In this document: positions 52,278-64,000 of the stretch, piece after piece
Layout: each line of letters begins with the position of its first letter
Position numbering within the stretch: position 1 is the stretch's first letter
Assembly (NCBI RefSeq): GCF_031769215.1
Contig: NW_026782170.1
Coordinates: forward strand, 682,001-746,000
DNA length: 64,000 nt
Reading direction: 5' to 3'
Source of the DNA: Ylistrum balloti
Taxonomy: Eukaryota
Translations under genes and position numbers: made by a program
The notes under the pieces: generated by a model
Told to the model about the DNA's origin: nothing
Databases searched by the model: none
The model's input: the letters and a program-made list of their open reading frames with translations, nothing else

Positions 52278-55200
52278 TTATTTTCTTCGTTTTCTGGTTG
52301 GAAATAGATCGTCATCATCATCAGAGTCAAATGCCACACCTCGTTTCTTGCTGGAACTTGAGTTATACCTCCTGGAGGAAGTGTTGGCCACAGGCTGCTT
52401 CTTCTTACTTGAAGCAGAAGAGATGTTACTGAATTCATCATCCTCATCCGATATGTTCATGACATCTTCCTCCTCAGAATCAGACCTGGAAGAAGAACAT
52501 TTAGCAATTTTAGAATCACTTCGTCACCTAAATCTTTATACGAAAACAGAAAAATTCACAAAATTGTTGAGTCAATCAATTTGTACCAGGTTAAAAATGA
52601 ATTTCAACAGTGGTCATTTCATTTAAAATGTGAAAAGTTTGTTTATGTGCATGGCTTTTGATAACAACTTTCCACCTGAAATGATGTTACTAAGAAGGTT
52701 ACACAAGCCTTCTTCAGCCTGACATGGTTTTAATTTACTTTGTTTAGCCTGTGACAGTTAAATTAGCCTACGTCATACAACAGTGTGTTTTTTAAGTATA
52801 AGTGTTTACAGAATTTTAAAGCTATATAGACCACAGCACTGGGTGTTTGAAATCTTTTATTTACCATGGAAATAGGTGTTGTTGAAAACTCAATAAGTTT
52901 TCTAATACAGTTTGAATACAAAAAGAAACCTGGTATATATTAAACCATGTGTTAACACTTTTTTATTGACAGCCTGCATGGGAAAGAGATGACATTAAGT
53001 TTTGTATACTGTATTATCTTTCAACGAGACCAGTGGTCTAACACAAAATCTCGGACTCAAAGTGAAGGAGATGGGGCAGTGGAACAACATTTGTTCGCAT
53101 TTCTACAGAACCGGACATGGGTCAATTGTCAGAAAAATACCGTATGTGACTTATACTGAAATATAACATCTTGAAACTCACAGGTTGTGTACCCTGGAAT
53201 TTGATGGTTTCTTTGATTTTTGTGAAGCAAAGGCATCCATGATACTTCTGTTCTGACTCTCAGCTACAACAGATTCCTTCTTCTTTCCTCTTCCTCCTCT
53301 GGTTGATGTTCCTTCTCCTCTGCCTCTTGCCCTGCCACCTCGAGCCCCCGTCCCCCCCACGACCCTCTATTGGACTAACCTCCCCTTCTTCAGAGCGGCT
53401 TGCCTGTGCCCTCTTTATGCCTCCTTTACTTGGATCAGATGTTCCCCTCGTACTTCCACGCCCCCGTCCCCTCCCACGACCTGTTGGAGCCTGGTTGTCA
53501 TCAGAGTCTATTGGACTAACCTCCCCTTCTTCATCATCATCTTCCTGCTGGGAGCGGCTTGCCTGTGCCCTCTTTATGGCCTCCTTTACTTCCTCATCAT
53601 CCTCTTTCTTCTTCTTCCTCTCCTCCTTGTACCGAGTCACTTCAGCATCAATGATTTCTTCATTTGCATTTCTCTGTTTCAGGTAAGTCTACAAAATATC
53701 AGCAGAATCCCTTGATCAGACCTGTTAAGAACAGGTTAGGTGTGGTTCAATAACAAAATTGAAAACCTGCAAAAATGAAATTGTTGATACTTTAGACACA
53801 TCTTTGTCTAAAGTTATTCTGTGAATCTACATAATTTTCTTATGACTGTTGAAATTGCAACGAGATTAAGTGACAGTCCAAACTTAAGATTTATTAACTT
53901 TTAACAAAATTCATTATATCATAAAAAGTTTCAAGTAATAATATGGTAAGATCACTGATCAGGACCTCATGTCAATCATTTGTACTGAACACATTCATTA
54001 TTTCACCTTGTGATATATTCACATTTGTTTTCTGAACCTGAAGTGTACGTAGTGTATATCTCACCTTGTGATAAATTAACCTGAGTGTTCTGTAGTGTAT
54101 ATCTCACCTTGTGGTATATTCACCTGAGTGTTCTGTAGTTTGTACATGTAGTGTATAACTCACCTTGCGACATTCACCTGAGTGTTCTGTAGTGTATATC
54201 TCACCTTGTGATAAATTAACCTGAGTGTTCTGTAGTGTATATCTCACCTTGTGGTATATTCACCTGAGTGTTCTGTAGTGTATACCTCACCTTGTGGTAT
54301 ATTCACCTGAGTGTTCTGTAGTGTATATCTCACCTTGTGATAAATTAACCTGAGTGTTCTGTAGTGTATATCTCACCTTGTGATTAATTAACCTGAGTGT
54401 TCTGTAGTGTATATCTCTCACCTTGTGTAGTGTATAATTAACCTGAGTGTTCTGTAGTGTATATCTCAACTTGTGATAAATTAACCTGAGTGTTCTGTAG
54501 TGTATATCTCACCTTGTGATAAATTAACCTGAGTGTTCTGTAGTGTATATCTCACCTTGTGATAAATTAACCTGAGTGTTCTGTAGTGTATATCTCACCT
54601 TGTGGTATATTCACCTGAGTGTTCTGTAGTGTATATCTCACCTTGTGATTAATTAACCTGAGTGTTCTGTAGTGTATATCTCACCTTGTAATTAATTAAC
54701 CTGAGTGTTCTGTAGTGTATATCTCACCTTGTGATAGATTAACCTGAGTGTTCTGTAGATATCTCACCTTGTGATATAATTAACCTGAGTGTTCTGTAGT
54801 GTATATCTCACCTTGTGATAATTAACCTGAGTGTTCTGTAGTGTATATCTCACCTTGTGATAAATTAACTGAGTGTTCTGTAGTGTATATCTCACCTTGT
54901 GATTAATTAACCTGAGTGTTCTGTAGTGTATATCTCACCTTGTGATTAATTAACCTGAGTGTTCTGTAGTGTATATCATCTTGTGATTAATTCACTGAGT
55001 GTTCTTGTGATGATAATTAGTGTTCTGTAGTGTATATCTCATTAACCTGAGTGTTCTGTAGTGTATATCTTGTGATTAATTAACCTGAGTGTTCTGTAGT
55101 GTATATCTCACCTTGTGATAAATTAACCTGAGTGTTCTGTAGTGTATATCTCACCTTGTGATAAATTAACCTGAGTGTTCTGTAGTGTATATCTCACCTT

Positions 55201-58200
55201 GTGATTAATTAACCTGAGTGTTCTGTAGTGTATATCTCACCTTGTGATTAATTAACCTGAGTGTTCTGTAGTGTATATCTCACCTTGTGATTAATTAACC
55301 TGAGTGTTCTGTAGTGTATATCTCACCTTGTGATTAATTAACCTGAGTGTTCTGTAGTGTATGTCTCACCTTGTGATTAATTAACCTGAGTGTTCTGTAG
55401 TGTATATCTCACCTTGTGATTAATTAACCTGAGTGTTCTGTAGTGTATATCTCACCTTGTGATTAATTAACCTGAGTGTTCTGTAGTGTATATCTCACCT
55501 TGTGATAAATTAACCTGAGTGTTCTGTAGTGTATATCTCACCTTGTGATAAATTAACCTGAGTGTTCTGTAGTGTATATCTCACCTTGTGATTAATTAAC
55601 CTGAGTGTTCTGTATCTCACCTTGTATATCTCACCTTGTGATTAATTAACCTGAGTGTTCTGTAGTGTATATCTCACCTTGTGAAAGATTAACCTGAGTG
55701 TTCTGTAGTGTATATCTCACCTTGTGATTAATTAACCTGAGTGTTCTGTAGTGTATATCTCACCTTGTGATTAATTAACCTAACTTGTGATTAATTAACC
55801 TGAGTGTTCTGTAGTGTATATCTCACCTTGTGATTAATTAACCTGAGTGTTCTGTAGTGTATATCTCACCTTGTGATAGATTAACCTGAGTGTTCTGTAG
55901 TGTATATCTCAACTTGTGATAAATTAACCTGAGTGTTCTGTAGTGTATATCTCACCTTGTGATAAATTAACCTGAGTGTTCTGTAGTGTATATCTCAACT
56001 TGTGATAAATTAACCTGAGTGTTCTGTAGTGTATATCTCATCTTGTGATAAATTAACTGAGTGTTCTGTAGTGTATATCTCACCTTGTGATAAATTAACC
56101 TGAGTGTTCTGTAGTGTATATCTCACCTTGTGATTAATTAACCTCACCTGTAGTGTATATCTCACCTTGTGATTAATTAACCTGAGTGTTCTGTAGTGTA
56201 TATCTCACCTTGTGATTAATTAACCTGAGTGTTCTGTAGTGTATATCTCACCTTGTGATAGATTAACCTGAGTGTTCTGTAGTGTATATCTCACCTTGTG
56301 ATTAATTAACCTGAGTGTTCTGTAGTGTATATCTCACCTTGTGATTAATTAACCTGAGTGTTCTGTAGTGTATATCTCACCTTGTGATTAATTAACCTGA
56401 GTGTTCTGTAGTGTATATCTCAACTTGTGATAGATTAACCTGAGTGTTCTGTAGTGTATATCTCACCTTGTGACTAATTAACCTGAGTGTTCTGTAGTGC
56501 ATATCTCACCTTGTGATTAATTAACCTGAGTGTTCTGTAGTGTATATCTCACCTTGTGATAGATTAACCTGAGTGTTCTGTAGTGTATATCTCACCTTGT
56601 GATTAATTAACCTGAGTGTTCTGTAGTGTATATCTCAACTTGTGATAAATTAACCTGAGTGTTCTGTAGTGTATATCTCACCTTGTGATTAATTAACCTG
56701 AGTGTTCTGTAGTGTATATCTCACCTTGTGATTAATTAACCTGAGTGTTCTGTAGTGTATATCTCACCTTGTGATTAATTAACCTGAGTGTTCTGTAGTG
56801 TATATCTCACCTTGTGATTAATTAACCTGAGTGTTCTGTAGTGTATAATTAACCTGAGTGTTCTGTAGTGTATATCTCTTGTGAAAATTAACCTGAGTGT
56901 TCTGTAGTGTATATCTCACCTTGTGATTAATTAACCTGAGTGTTCTGTAGTGAGTGTTCTGTAGTGTATATCTCACCTTGTGATAGATTAACCTGAGTGT
57001 TCTGTAGTGTATATCTCACCTTGTGATTAATTAACCTGAGTGTTCTGTAGTGTATGTCTCACCTTGTGAAAGATTAACCTGAGTGTTCTGTAGTGTATAT
57101 CTCACCTTGTGATTAATTAACCTGAGTGTTCTGTAGTGTATATCTCACCTTGTGATTAATTAACCTGAGTGTTCTGTAGTGTATGTCTCACCTTTGTCTC
57201 ACCTTGTGAAAGATTAACCTGAGTGTTCTGTAGTGTATATCTCACCTTGTGATTAATTAACCTGAGTGTTCTGTAGTGTATATCTCACCTTGTGATTAAT
57301 TAACCTGAGTGTTCTGTAGTCTATATCTCACATTGTGATTAATTAACCTGAGTGTTCTGTAGTGTATATCTCACCTTGTGATTAATTAACCTGAGTGTTC
57401 TGTAGTGTATATCTCACCTTGTGATTAATTAACCTGAGTGTTCTGTAGTGTATATCTCACCTTGTGATTAATTAACCTGAGTGTTCTGTAGTGTATATCT
57501 CACCTTGTGATTAATTAACCTGAGTGTTCTGTAGTGTATATCTCACCTTGTGATAGATTAACCTGAGTGTTCTGTAGTGTATATCTCACCTTGTGATAAA
57601 TTAACCTGAGTGTTCTGTAGTGTATATCTCACCTTGTGATAGATTAACCTGAGTGTTCTGTAGTGTATATCTCACCTTGTGATTAATTAACCTGAGTGTT
57701 CTGTAGTGTATATCTCACCTTGTGATTAATTAACCTGAGTGTTCTGTAGTGTATATCTCTCAACTGAGTGTGATAAATTAACCTGAGTGTTCTGTAGTGT
57801 ATATCTCATCTTGTGATAAATTAACTGAGTGTTCTGTAGTGTATATCTCACCTTGTGATAAATTAACCTGAGTGTTCTGTAGTTTGTACATGTAGTGTAT
57901 AACTCACCTTGCGACATTCACCTGAGTGTTCTGTAGTGTATATCTCACCTTGTGAAAGATTAACCTGAGTGTTCTGTAGTGTATATCTCACCTTGTGATT
58001 AATTAACCTGAGTGTTCTGTAGTGTACTGTAGTGTATATCTCACCTTGTGATAAATTAACCTGAGTGTTCTGTAGTGTATATCTCACCTTGTGATAAATT
58101 AACCTGAGTGTTCTGTAGTGTATATCTCACCTTGTGGTAATTAACCTAGTGTTCTGAGTGTTCTGTAGTGTAGTGTATATCTCACCTTGTGATAAACCTG

Positions 58201-61200
58201 AGTGTTCTGTAGTGTATATCTCACCTTGTGATTAATTAACCTGAGTGTTCTGTAGTGTATATCTCACCTTGTGATTAATTAACCTGAGTGTTCTGTAGTG
58301 TATATCTCAACTTGTGATAGATTAACCTGAGTGTTCTGTAGTGTATATCTCAACTTGTGATTAATTAACCTGAGTGTTCTGTAGTGTATATCTCACCTTG
58401 TGATAAATTAACTGAGTGTTCTGTAGTGTATATCTCACCTTGTGATAAATTAACCTGAGTGTTCTGTAGTGTATATCTCTTGTGATAAATTAACCTGAGT
58501 GTTCTGTAGTGTATATCTCACCTTGTGATAAATTAACTGAGTGTTCTGTAGTGTATATCTCACCTTGTGATAAATTAACCTGAGTGTTCTGTAGTGTATA
58601 TCTCACCTTGTGATAAATTAACCTGAGTGTTCTGTAGTGTATATCTCACCTTATGATAAATTCACCCGAGTGTTCTGTAGTTTAGACTTGTAGTGTATAA
58701 CTCAACTTGTAATAAATTCAGCCGAGTATTCTGTAATTTGTACATGTTGTTTGTATTTCACTTTGTGGTGTATTCACCTGGGTTTTCTGGAGTTGGTACT
58801 TGACAAGCTCTGAGATGGCCTCACGCTCCTCTTTGTCCACAAATTCCTGTACAGCCTGGCCCATACCCTTCTCTGTCAATAATTGCAGCTGCATCTTCTG
58901 TGAACACGTAATTAAGGTAATAGATGACCTACAGTCTTTTTATAATGTGTAATTATGGTTGGTTATATTGGGGTAAAAGCATCAGAAATGAAAATTTTAA
59001 TTTTGATATAATTCATACACCCGCCCCCCTCCCCCCCTGTTCTGTCAAAGATGTGTGTTTCAAGACATATAAATTGCACTTATCTATTGGCCTTTATTGT
59101 CTATAAACCAGAGAGTATCTTAAACATGAATACCCCTGCTTCCGAGTATTATTGTTTGATAAATTTGGGTAAGTTTTCAGATGTGACATTTGATTCTTTA
59201 ATCTTGACTGACTACCTTAAAAGGATAAGTTGTAGAACTTGATGACATAGGATAAATATGTGACAAGATGGTGGATATGAGGCTTTATCCCCTGAAATGA
59301 AGGGGGCCATGAAGAAAGTCACTCTTATCTACCATGAAATTATCATTACAGAATGTACAGCCTAATTTTCCGTGTACAAGTTAACGTGACATATACAGGA
59401 ATCTACTGTTACTACAGTATAACATCACATCCATAGATTATTATAGGTACGGTTTCCTAGTATGACTTACACAGTCAGAACTGTTGAAATAATCTTTGAC
59501 CATGTCTTCCACTCTAGATGTGTCTAATGTGTCAGCTTTAATGGCTCCTAGGGCATCTATATCTGTAAAAATAATGTAATTCAAACATATTAATACCATA
59601 CAAATATCTACAATATCACTGTTTCTTACTCTGAGTTTGGACATTATGACAATTACCAATGACAAAGAATTACCTTGTTTTGAATCGGTTTTTGCTGAGA
59701 AGACTTTTTTTCTTTGAAACTGTACCATATCTTTGGGATTAGCAACCTTGTCAATAAATTTTTGTCCAAACCTACAAAAAAAGTTAAATTGAAAATTTCA
59801 CCATATCAAGCTAACTTTCCTAGATAAGAAAGAAAGATACTCCAAACAATAACCCCCTTGCCCAGAAAATTCAAGGTAGTTACTTCATTAACAGTATTCA
59901 ATGATTAGAGTGCTTGTTCTCTTTTATTTAAGATATTTGGTTAAATCTAAGATTGGTAGCAAAAAGATTTGAAGATACATAAAAAAATGATAACTAGAAA
60001 AAGATAAAAAAAAACCAGCATTTTTAGAAAAAAAATGTGCTTGAACTTTCTATTTTTAAAAATATCTTACAACACTTCATTATAACAGCAAATATGTTAC
60101 CTTTTGCCAGACATTAGCAAACTCTACAATTTTTCATGCAAATTTCTTTATCTAAATAAGTTACGTTCTATTATGACAAACTTTCAAAATCTAACAATAC
60201 TGACATGATTTGCTGCTGTATATTTGGTCTTTACCTGTGGGCACTAAAAGGTTCAAATCCACCACTGTAATCTATTCGTAGTCTTATCAATGGCTGATCT
60301 GGTTGCTTGCCATTTCCAGAATGTTCAGATTCTAAAATAAGAGTGTCTCAATATTTTAGAGGATATATTTGTATAAATGAATTAATTTCTACAGTAAATA
60401 ATGTGTATATCATATTCACTGAGTGAGAATAACTAGAGAAACTTTTCTTGAAGTTTAACTTGAGCTCATTTCACCTTTCACAAATAGGGTGAAAATAGAA
60501 AACAGCGGCCTAAATGCTTAACCCTATACATAAATGTATATGGTAGGAAAAATTTAACACTGGGCAAACAGAGTGTGAAAATAACCTAGAGGAATGTTTC
60601 CCTGTATACCTGTTGTGCATTTTGAGTTTGAGTACCAGTAAACATGGGTAATTTGCACATGTTTCCAGTCTACTTTTGCATGTAATGCAGTACATCAGTA
60701 AAATGCAAGTGTCTCAATAAACTTAAAATCAGTTGAATTAAACACAAAATCTTAAAAAAAAAAATCCCATACCAGGTAAATACTGACTAACGACTAATGA
60801 ACAAGATATGCCACTTTATGTATTGTGTCATCCATTTATCTTTCCAAAATCCAATCTATGACATGATATCTGAACTGTTTCTGAAATAGCATCACTGGTA
60901 CCTCTGTTCTGTTTAAGTTAATATGTTGATATTTAATCAATTAGCATCATTATTAAGTGTATTCAGTGACCTTTAACACAGATTATATCGGAGAGTACTT
61001 CAGGTATTGATCTTGCAGATATCAGACTTCACACAATGTGCATCTGTGCTATCAATTAGCTGAACAAAAAAATAAAACATGCGGTATAAAAAATGTGTGC
61101 AGTTTTGCAAGTACATTTTAAGGAAACTATATAAAAAGCATTTCAACCACTGAACTTTGAGTTTCCGGAATGGTGAGTAAAATTAATAAGTAACTTTTAA

Positions 61201-62480
61201 CATATACAGGTAGCCAGTTTTCCAGGCCAAAGGCATACAGATAAGATGCATAACAGGGTCATTGTACATTACATTGTAGTCATAACAGTTTCCCTAACTA
61301 ATACTGAGCCAAGATAGTTCAGTTATTTTGAGAGTGGGCCTCCTGTATATTGGACAGTAAGGTAGCCACAAGTTTCTACAAGGAGACCCTGCCTTAAAAT
61401 GACCCTTGGTGTTCACAAGGAAATTCACCCAGCAAAAACCTAAAACCTACCTGCTTTTTCCAATAAACTTTCAACTTTTTCAACACAGAAAGCCTCCACC
61501 TTCTTAGCTATGTTGTGGTCCTCAGGATTCAGACTAGTATCACTTAGTACCACATCCTCCATGTAAAAGGGGCGAACTGTCTCCAATGGAATTTTGGTCA
61601 TTTTGAAATCTTTACCTTTGATCTGTAGTAAACCAACATGCTTTTTTACAGTCTCTCCCTCACTCAGTGAGGTAGCAACACTGCTACCTGGCTGACTAAC
61701 ATAAAAATTTTGAACACTATTCCATTCCGGTTCAATTCTACATTCATGTTCATGACCCCAAATCACAAGGTCTAGAAAATCATCAAGAAATTGTTCAGGA
61801 ATATAGTTTGTTGTGGTATGTTTTGATCTGTTTTGGTGTATTACAAACATGTTGAACCATTCATCTTGATTTTCTCTAGGTCTCAACATTGTAACTGACT
61901 TCTTTAAAAACAGTCTGTGCAATCTTTCATCTCTGATAGAGCCAAGACCATACATGGCTAACTTTGTGGAACCTTTCTGAAGCAGCAGAGGACTCATTTC
62001 TATTTTTTCTAAAGAAGTGTGTTTTCCAAAGTAATTGACAAACCCTGAGGTATGTAGAATGTCCAGGGTGCAAAGGTTCCCTTGGCCCGTTGGGTCATCA
62101 TGGTTACCATGTATTGAGAATACCGGAATAGAAATATTCAAATTTGGGTCTTCGTAATTAAGATATGGAAACTGACAATGGTTGAAATCTTTTGATTGAT
62201 CACTAAGGTATTCAAACTGAACTGGTTTATCCCCCATACAGTATTTGCGTAAAAGGGAAATGCATCCATGCATTATTCTTCGAGGTGGTTTGTTTTCATG
62301 AAAGAGATCTCCTCCAAGAAGGATAAAGTCAACATCATGATTTTTGGCATTTTCAAGAATCTCTTCAAAAGCTACTAACGAATCATTTCCTCTAATTCCA
62401 TCTTTTTCTGCATAACCAAGGTGAATATCGGTGGCTACAAGTATCTTCAAAATATCCTCTGAATCCTGTGTTGGTGGCAT
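52278..62480 (-). CDS. MRE11: Double-strand break repair nuclease MRE11, ~716 aa, 7 coding exons; one extra nucleotide breaks the frame in exon 6 as assembled
   Basis: Exons 62480-61451, 60331-60235, 59771-59674, 59562-59471, 58897-58778, 53688-53182 and 52485-52278 total 2152 nt (3n+1). Phosphoesterase motifs DIH, GDLFH, GNHDD, HQNR and GHEH are intact, as are [21 protein letters not shown], the GAR (RG-rich) region and SIMDAF. An acceptor at 62485 and a donor at 62741 suggest a 5' UTR intron. Confidence 0.96.
54020..58795. repeat. 43-bp tandem array (~110 units) filling MRE11 intron 5
   Basis: Unit tctcaccttgtga(t/a)(t/a)aattaacctgagtgttctgtagtgtata. The centre is homogeneous and both edges are degenerate. 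The right edge merges into the exon end at 58778-58795. Confidence 0.98.
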
Positions 62481-62742
62481 GTTTCTGAAAAAGACAGTAT
62501 TTTATTATAACATAAATACAAACTTATCATCGAATATATCACATTTGTATGTTGTCATGTGGTATGTTCGTTTTCCTACTTTCGCTTCATACAATTCAAT
62601 GATGACAACACTTCACTATTCATATCAACATAGTAACGGAAAGGATGGTGTTCTATTTTTCATATACAACAACAAACTCGTTACGGCTGGTTCACTAGAC
62701 AGCTGTTTTTTCTCAGATTATGTGACATAAATACCGCTTACC

Positions 62743-63122
62743 TTAGTAGTAAATACGTCTCTTTAGCGTTACACCGTACACATGGCGGGCTATTATTTTT
62801 GACATCGAAGTTATTTCCCTTTAACAACTTCCGTTTTCCGTTTAGCGCCACCTAGTATCAATTTCCATAGCAATTGTTTCAACAAAGTCCCATCCGGCAG
62901 GATATTGTTAACCCGATTTTATCTAAACATTGGGTTTCTGACACTTTCGGAGTTGATGACAGAGCGGATACACAAAGGAAAAAGTGATTAATGTTAAATG
63001 AGATATTTGCATGATGTAAATGTTTCGATTTGGGTGATTAGATGAATTGGATAGAGATCCATCAAGAACAGTAGTAGACAAATTGGCAGTATTTTGTTTG
63101 ATTGCGTTAAAAGACAATCATC
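62743..63122. promoter_or_regulatory. Bidirectional promoter region between MRE11 and CFAP96
   Basis: The ATGs at 62480 (-) and 63123 (+) are divergent. Motifs: YY1-like catggcgg (62781-62788), ETS-like acttccg (62827-62833), CTCF-like gcgccacctagtat (62845-62858) and X-box-like atttccatagcaat (62861-62874). Confidence 0.55.
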
Positions 63123-63733
63123 ATGGGAGATAAAGGTGGAAAAAATGATATGGACAGGATTGGAGTGTTCCAGGAAATGGGATATGTCACAATAGGCGAC
63201 AGATATAAACCTCCTGGAAGTAAGTAAAACAAGAAATATATTGAATAGGATAAGCTGCATAGATAATAGTCAATATGATACCTATTGACAGCATATTTCA
63301 CGTCTGTTTTTAAGTTACATTTCAAAATGTTTACTGTGTGTTTATTACTGTCAGAATTTCCATGATTTTGGCATTCAAGCTTGCCATTGTTGAAGACTGG
63401 AAGCTGCTGTTGGAAACATCAATATTAAATAATATTTAAAGTGTGAAGCTTAATCACAATAAACTGCCATTCAGCTAGCATTTATGTGATCTTGTGTGAT
63501 ATTGATCTTTCAGTTCAGTTCAATGCTGCTGCCAGTAAAGGAAAACAGATGCTGCCTGGTGGCAGCAAGACCAGGTCAGCTTTACAGAGCGGTTATTTTA
63601 TGGAGAAATTTGGGAGAGTAATGGAGGGAGAAGGATACAGTGATCCAATCAAAATGAGACGGCAACACAGATTAAAAGAATCCCAAAGAAATATTGGAAA
63701 GGCATTTTTACCTAGCAGTGGTGAAAAGAAACC
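63123..63733 (+). CDS. CFAP96: Cilia- and flagella-associated protein 96 (C4orf47/UPF0602), first two coding exons; gene continues beyond the window
   Basis: Exon 63123-63219 (MGDKGGKNDMDRIGVFQEMGYVTIGDRYKPPG, donor GTAAGT) joins in phase 1 to exon 63514-63733 (QFNAAASKGKQMLPGGSK...QSGYF...EGEGY...GKAFLPSSGEKK, donor GTAAGT). I recognised it from the family N-terminus (RIG.F.EM.Y.T.GD; KQMLPGGSK; GKAFLPS.GEKK). Confidence 0.88.
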
Positions 63734-64000
63734 GTAAGTCAACTGCCTCTTTGCATGGTTGCAACATTTTTGATAGTGAGTCACTGAGTATAGCAAGTAT
63801 TGTGTTGAAATTAAAAGTAGCTGAAAATAAAATCCAACAAAAACCTACAAATGTATTGGTGATTCATGCAGTCCTGAACACATGCTTCACTTGAACTTTC
63901 TGCAAAGCAGATTGAACTCCCAACCAATTGAAAGTATTGTTGTAAAAGTGGAAAGTATGTTACCTTCATAACTGGTCTTGGCTAGTAAGAATTTTATCAA

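Noticed and set aside
52486-52528. Upstream acceptor at 52528 for the last MRE11 exon
   Set aside because: It introduces an in-frame TGA; the acceptor at 52486 matches the phase-2 donor at 53181.
53395-53525. A small intron resolving the MRE11 frame break via the GTTAGT words
   Set aside because: The downstream sequence is purine-rich with no polypyrimidine tract or convincing acceptor; a single-base indel is simpler.
52348-53686. Plus-strand Ser/Leu/Pro-rich ORFs 52348-52626 and 53303-53686
   Set aside because: They are antisense shadows of low-complexity MRE11 exons.
54020-58795. 43-bp array as a CRISPR array, and its short ORFs as genes
   Set aside because: The units are head-to-tail with no unique spacers, there are no cas genes and the context is a eukaryotic intron. 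The ORFs are repeat translations.
54020-58795. AG-GT words in the array as recursive-splicing ratchet points
   Set aside because: There is no polypyrimidine tract before either AG, and the intron is short for recursive splicing.

Overview
AT-rich eukaryotic genomic DNA with GT-AG introns. The repeat types and protein sequences suggest a marine invertebrate, probably a bivalve mollusc (inference). I resolved six protein-coding genes arranged as three head-to-head pairs: (1) an intronless ELOVL6-type elongase (-) with TXNDC15 (+, 4 coding exons); (2) a divergent ELOVL-family elongase (-, 2 coding exons) with USO1/p115 (+, 23 coding exons, 954 aa, one U12-type intron); (3) MRE11 (-, 7 coding exons) with the 5' part of CFAP96/C4orf47 (+). 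Non-coding content includes a ~4.8 kb 43-bp tandem array in an MRE11 intron, a ~1.1 kb 36-bp array, Helentron/HINE-like non-autonomous elements, a MITE, tRNA-derived SINEs and a near-perfect intronic hairpin. Main observations: the 43-bp unit looks like an amplified copy of the adjacent MRE11 exon end and 5' splice site, giving roughly 200 decoy donor-like sites; the MRE11 GAR exon has an internal duplication and a 1-nt frame break (possibly an assembly error); TXNDC15 has a full CxxC; and the second elongase is an unusual short type. No prokaryotic system or CRISPR array is present. Exon coordinates were derived by hand from splice signals and reading-frame continuity, and no database searches were run.
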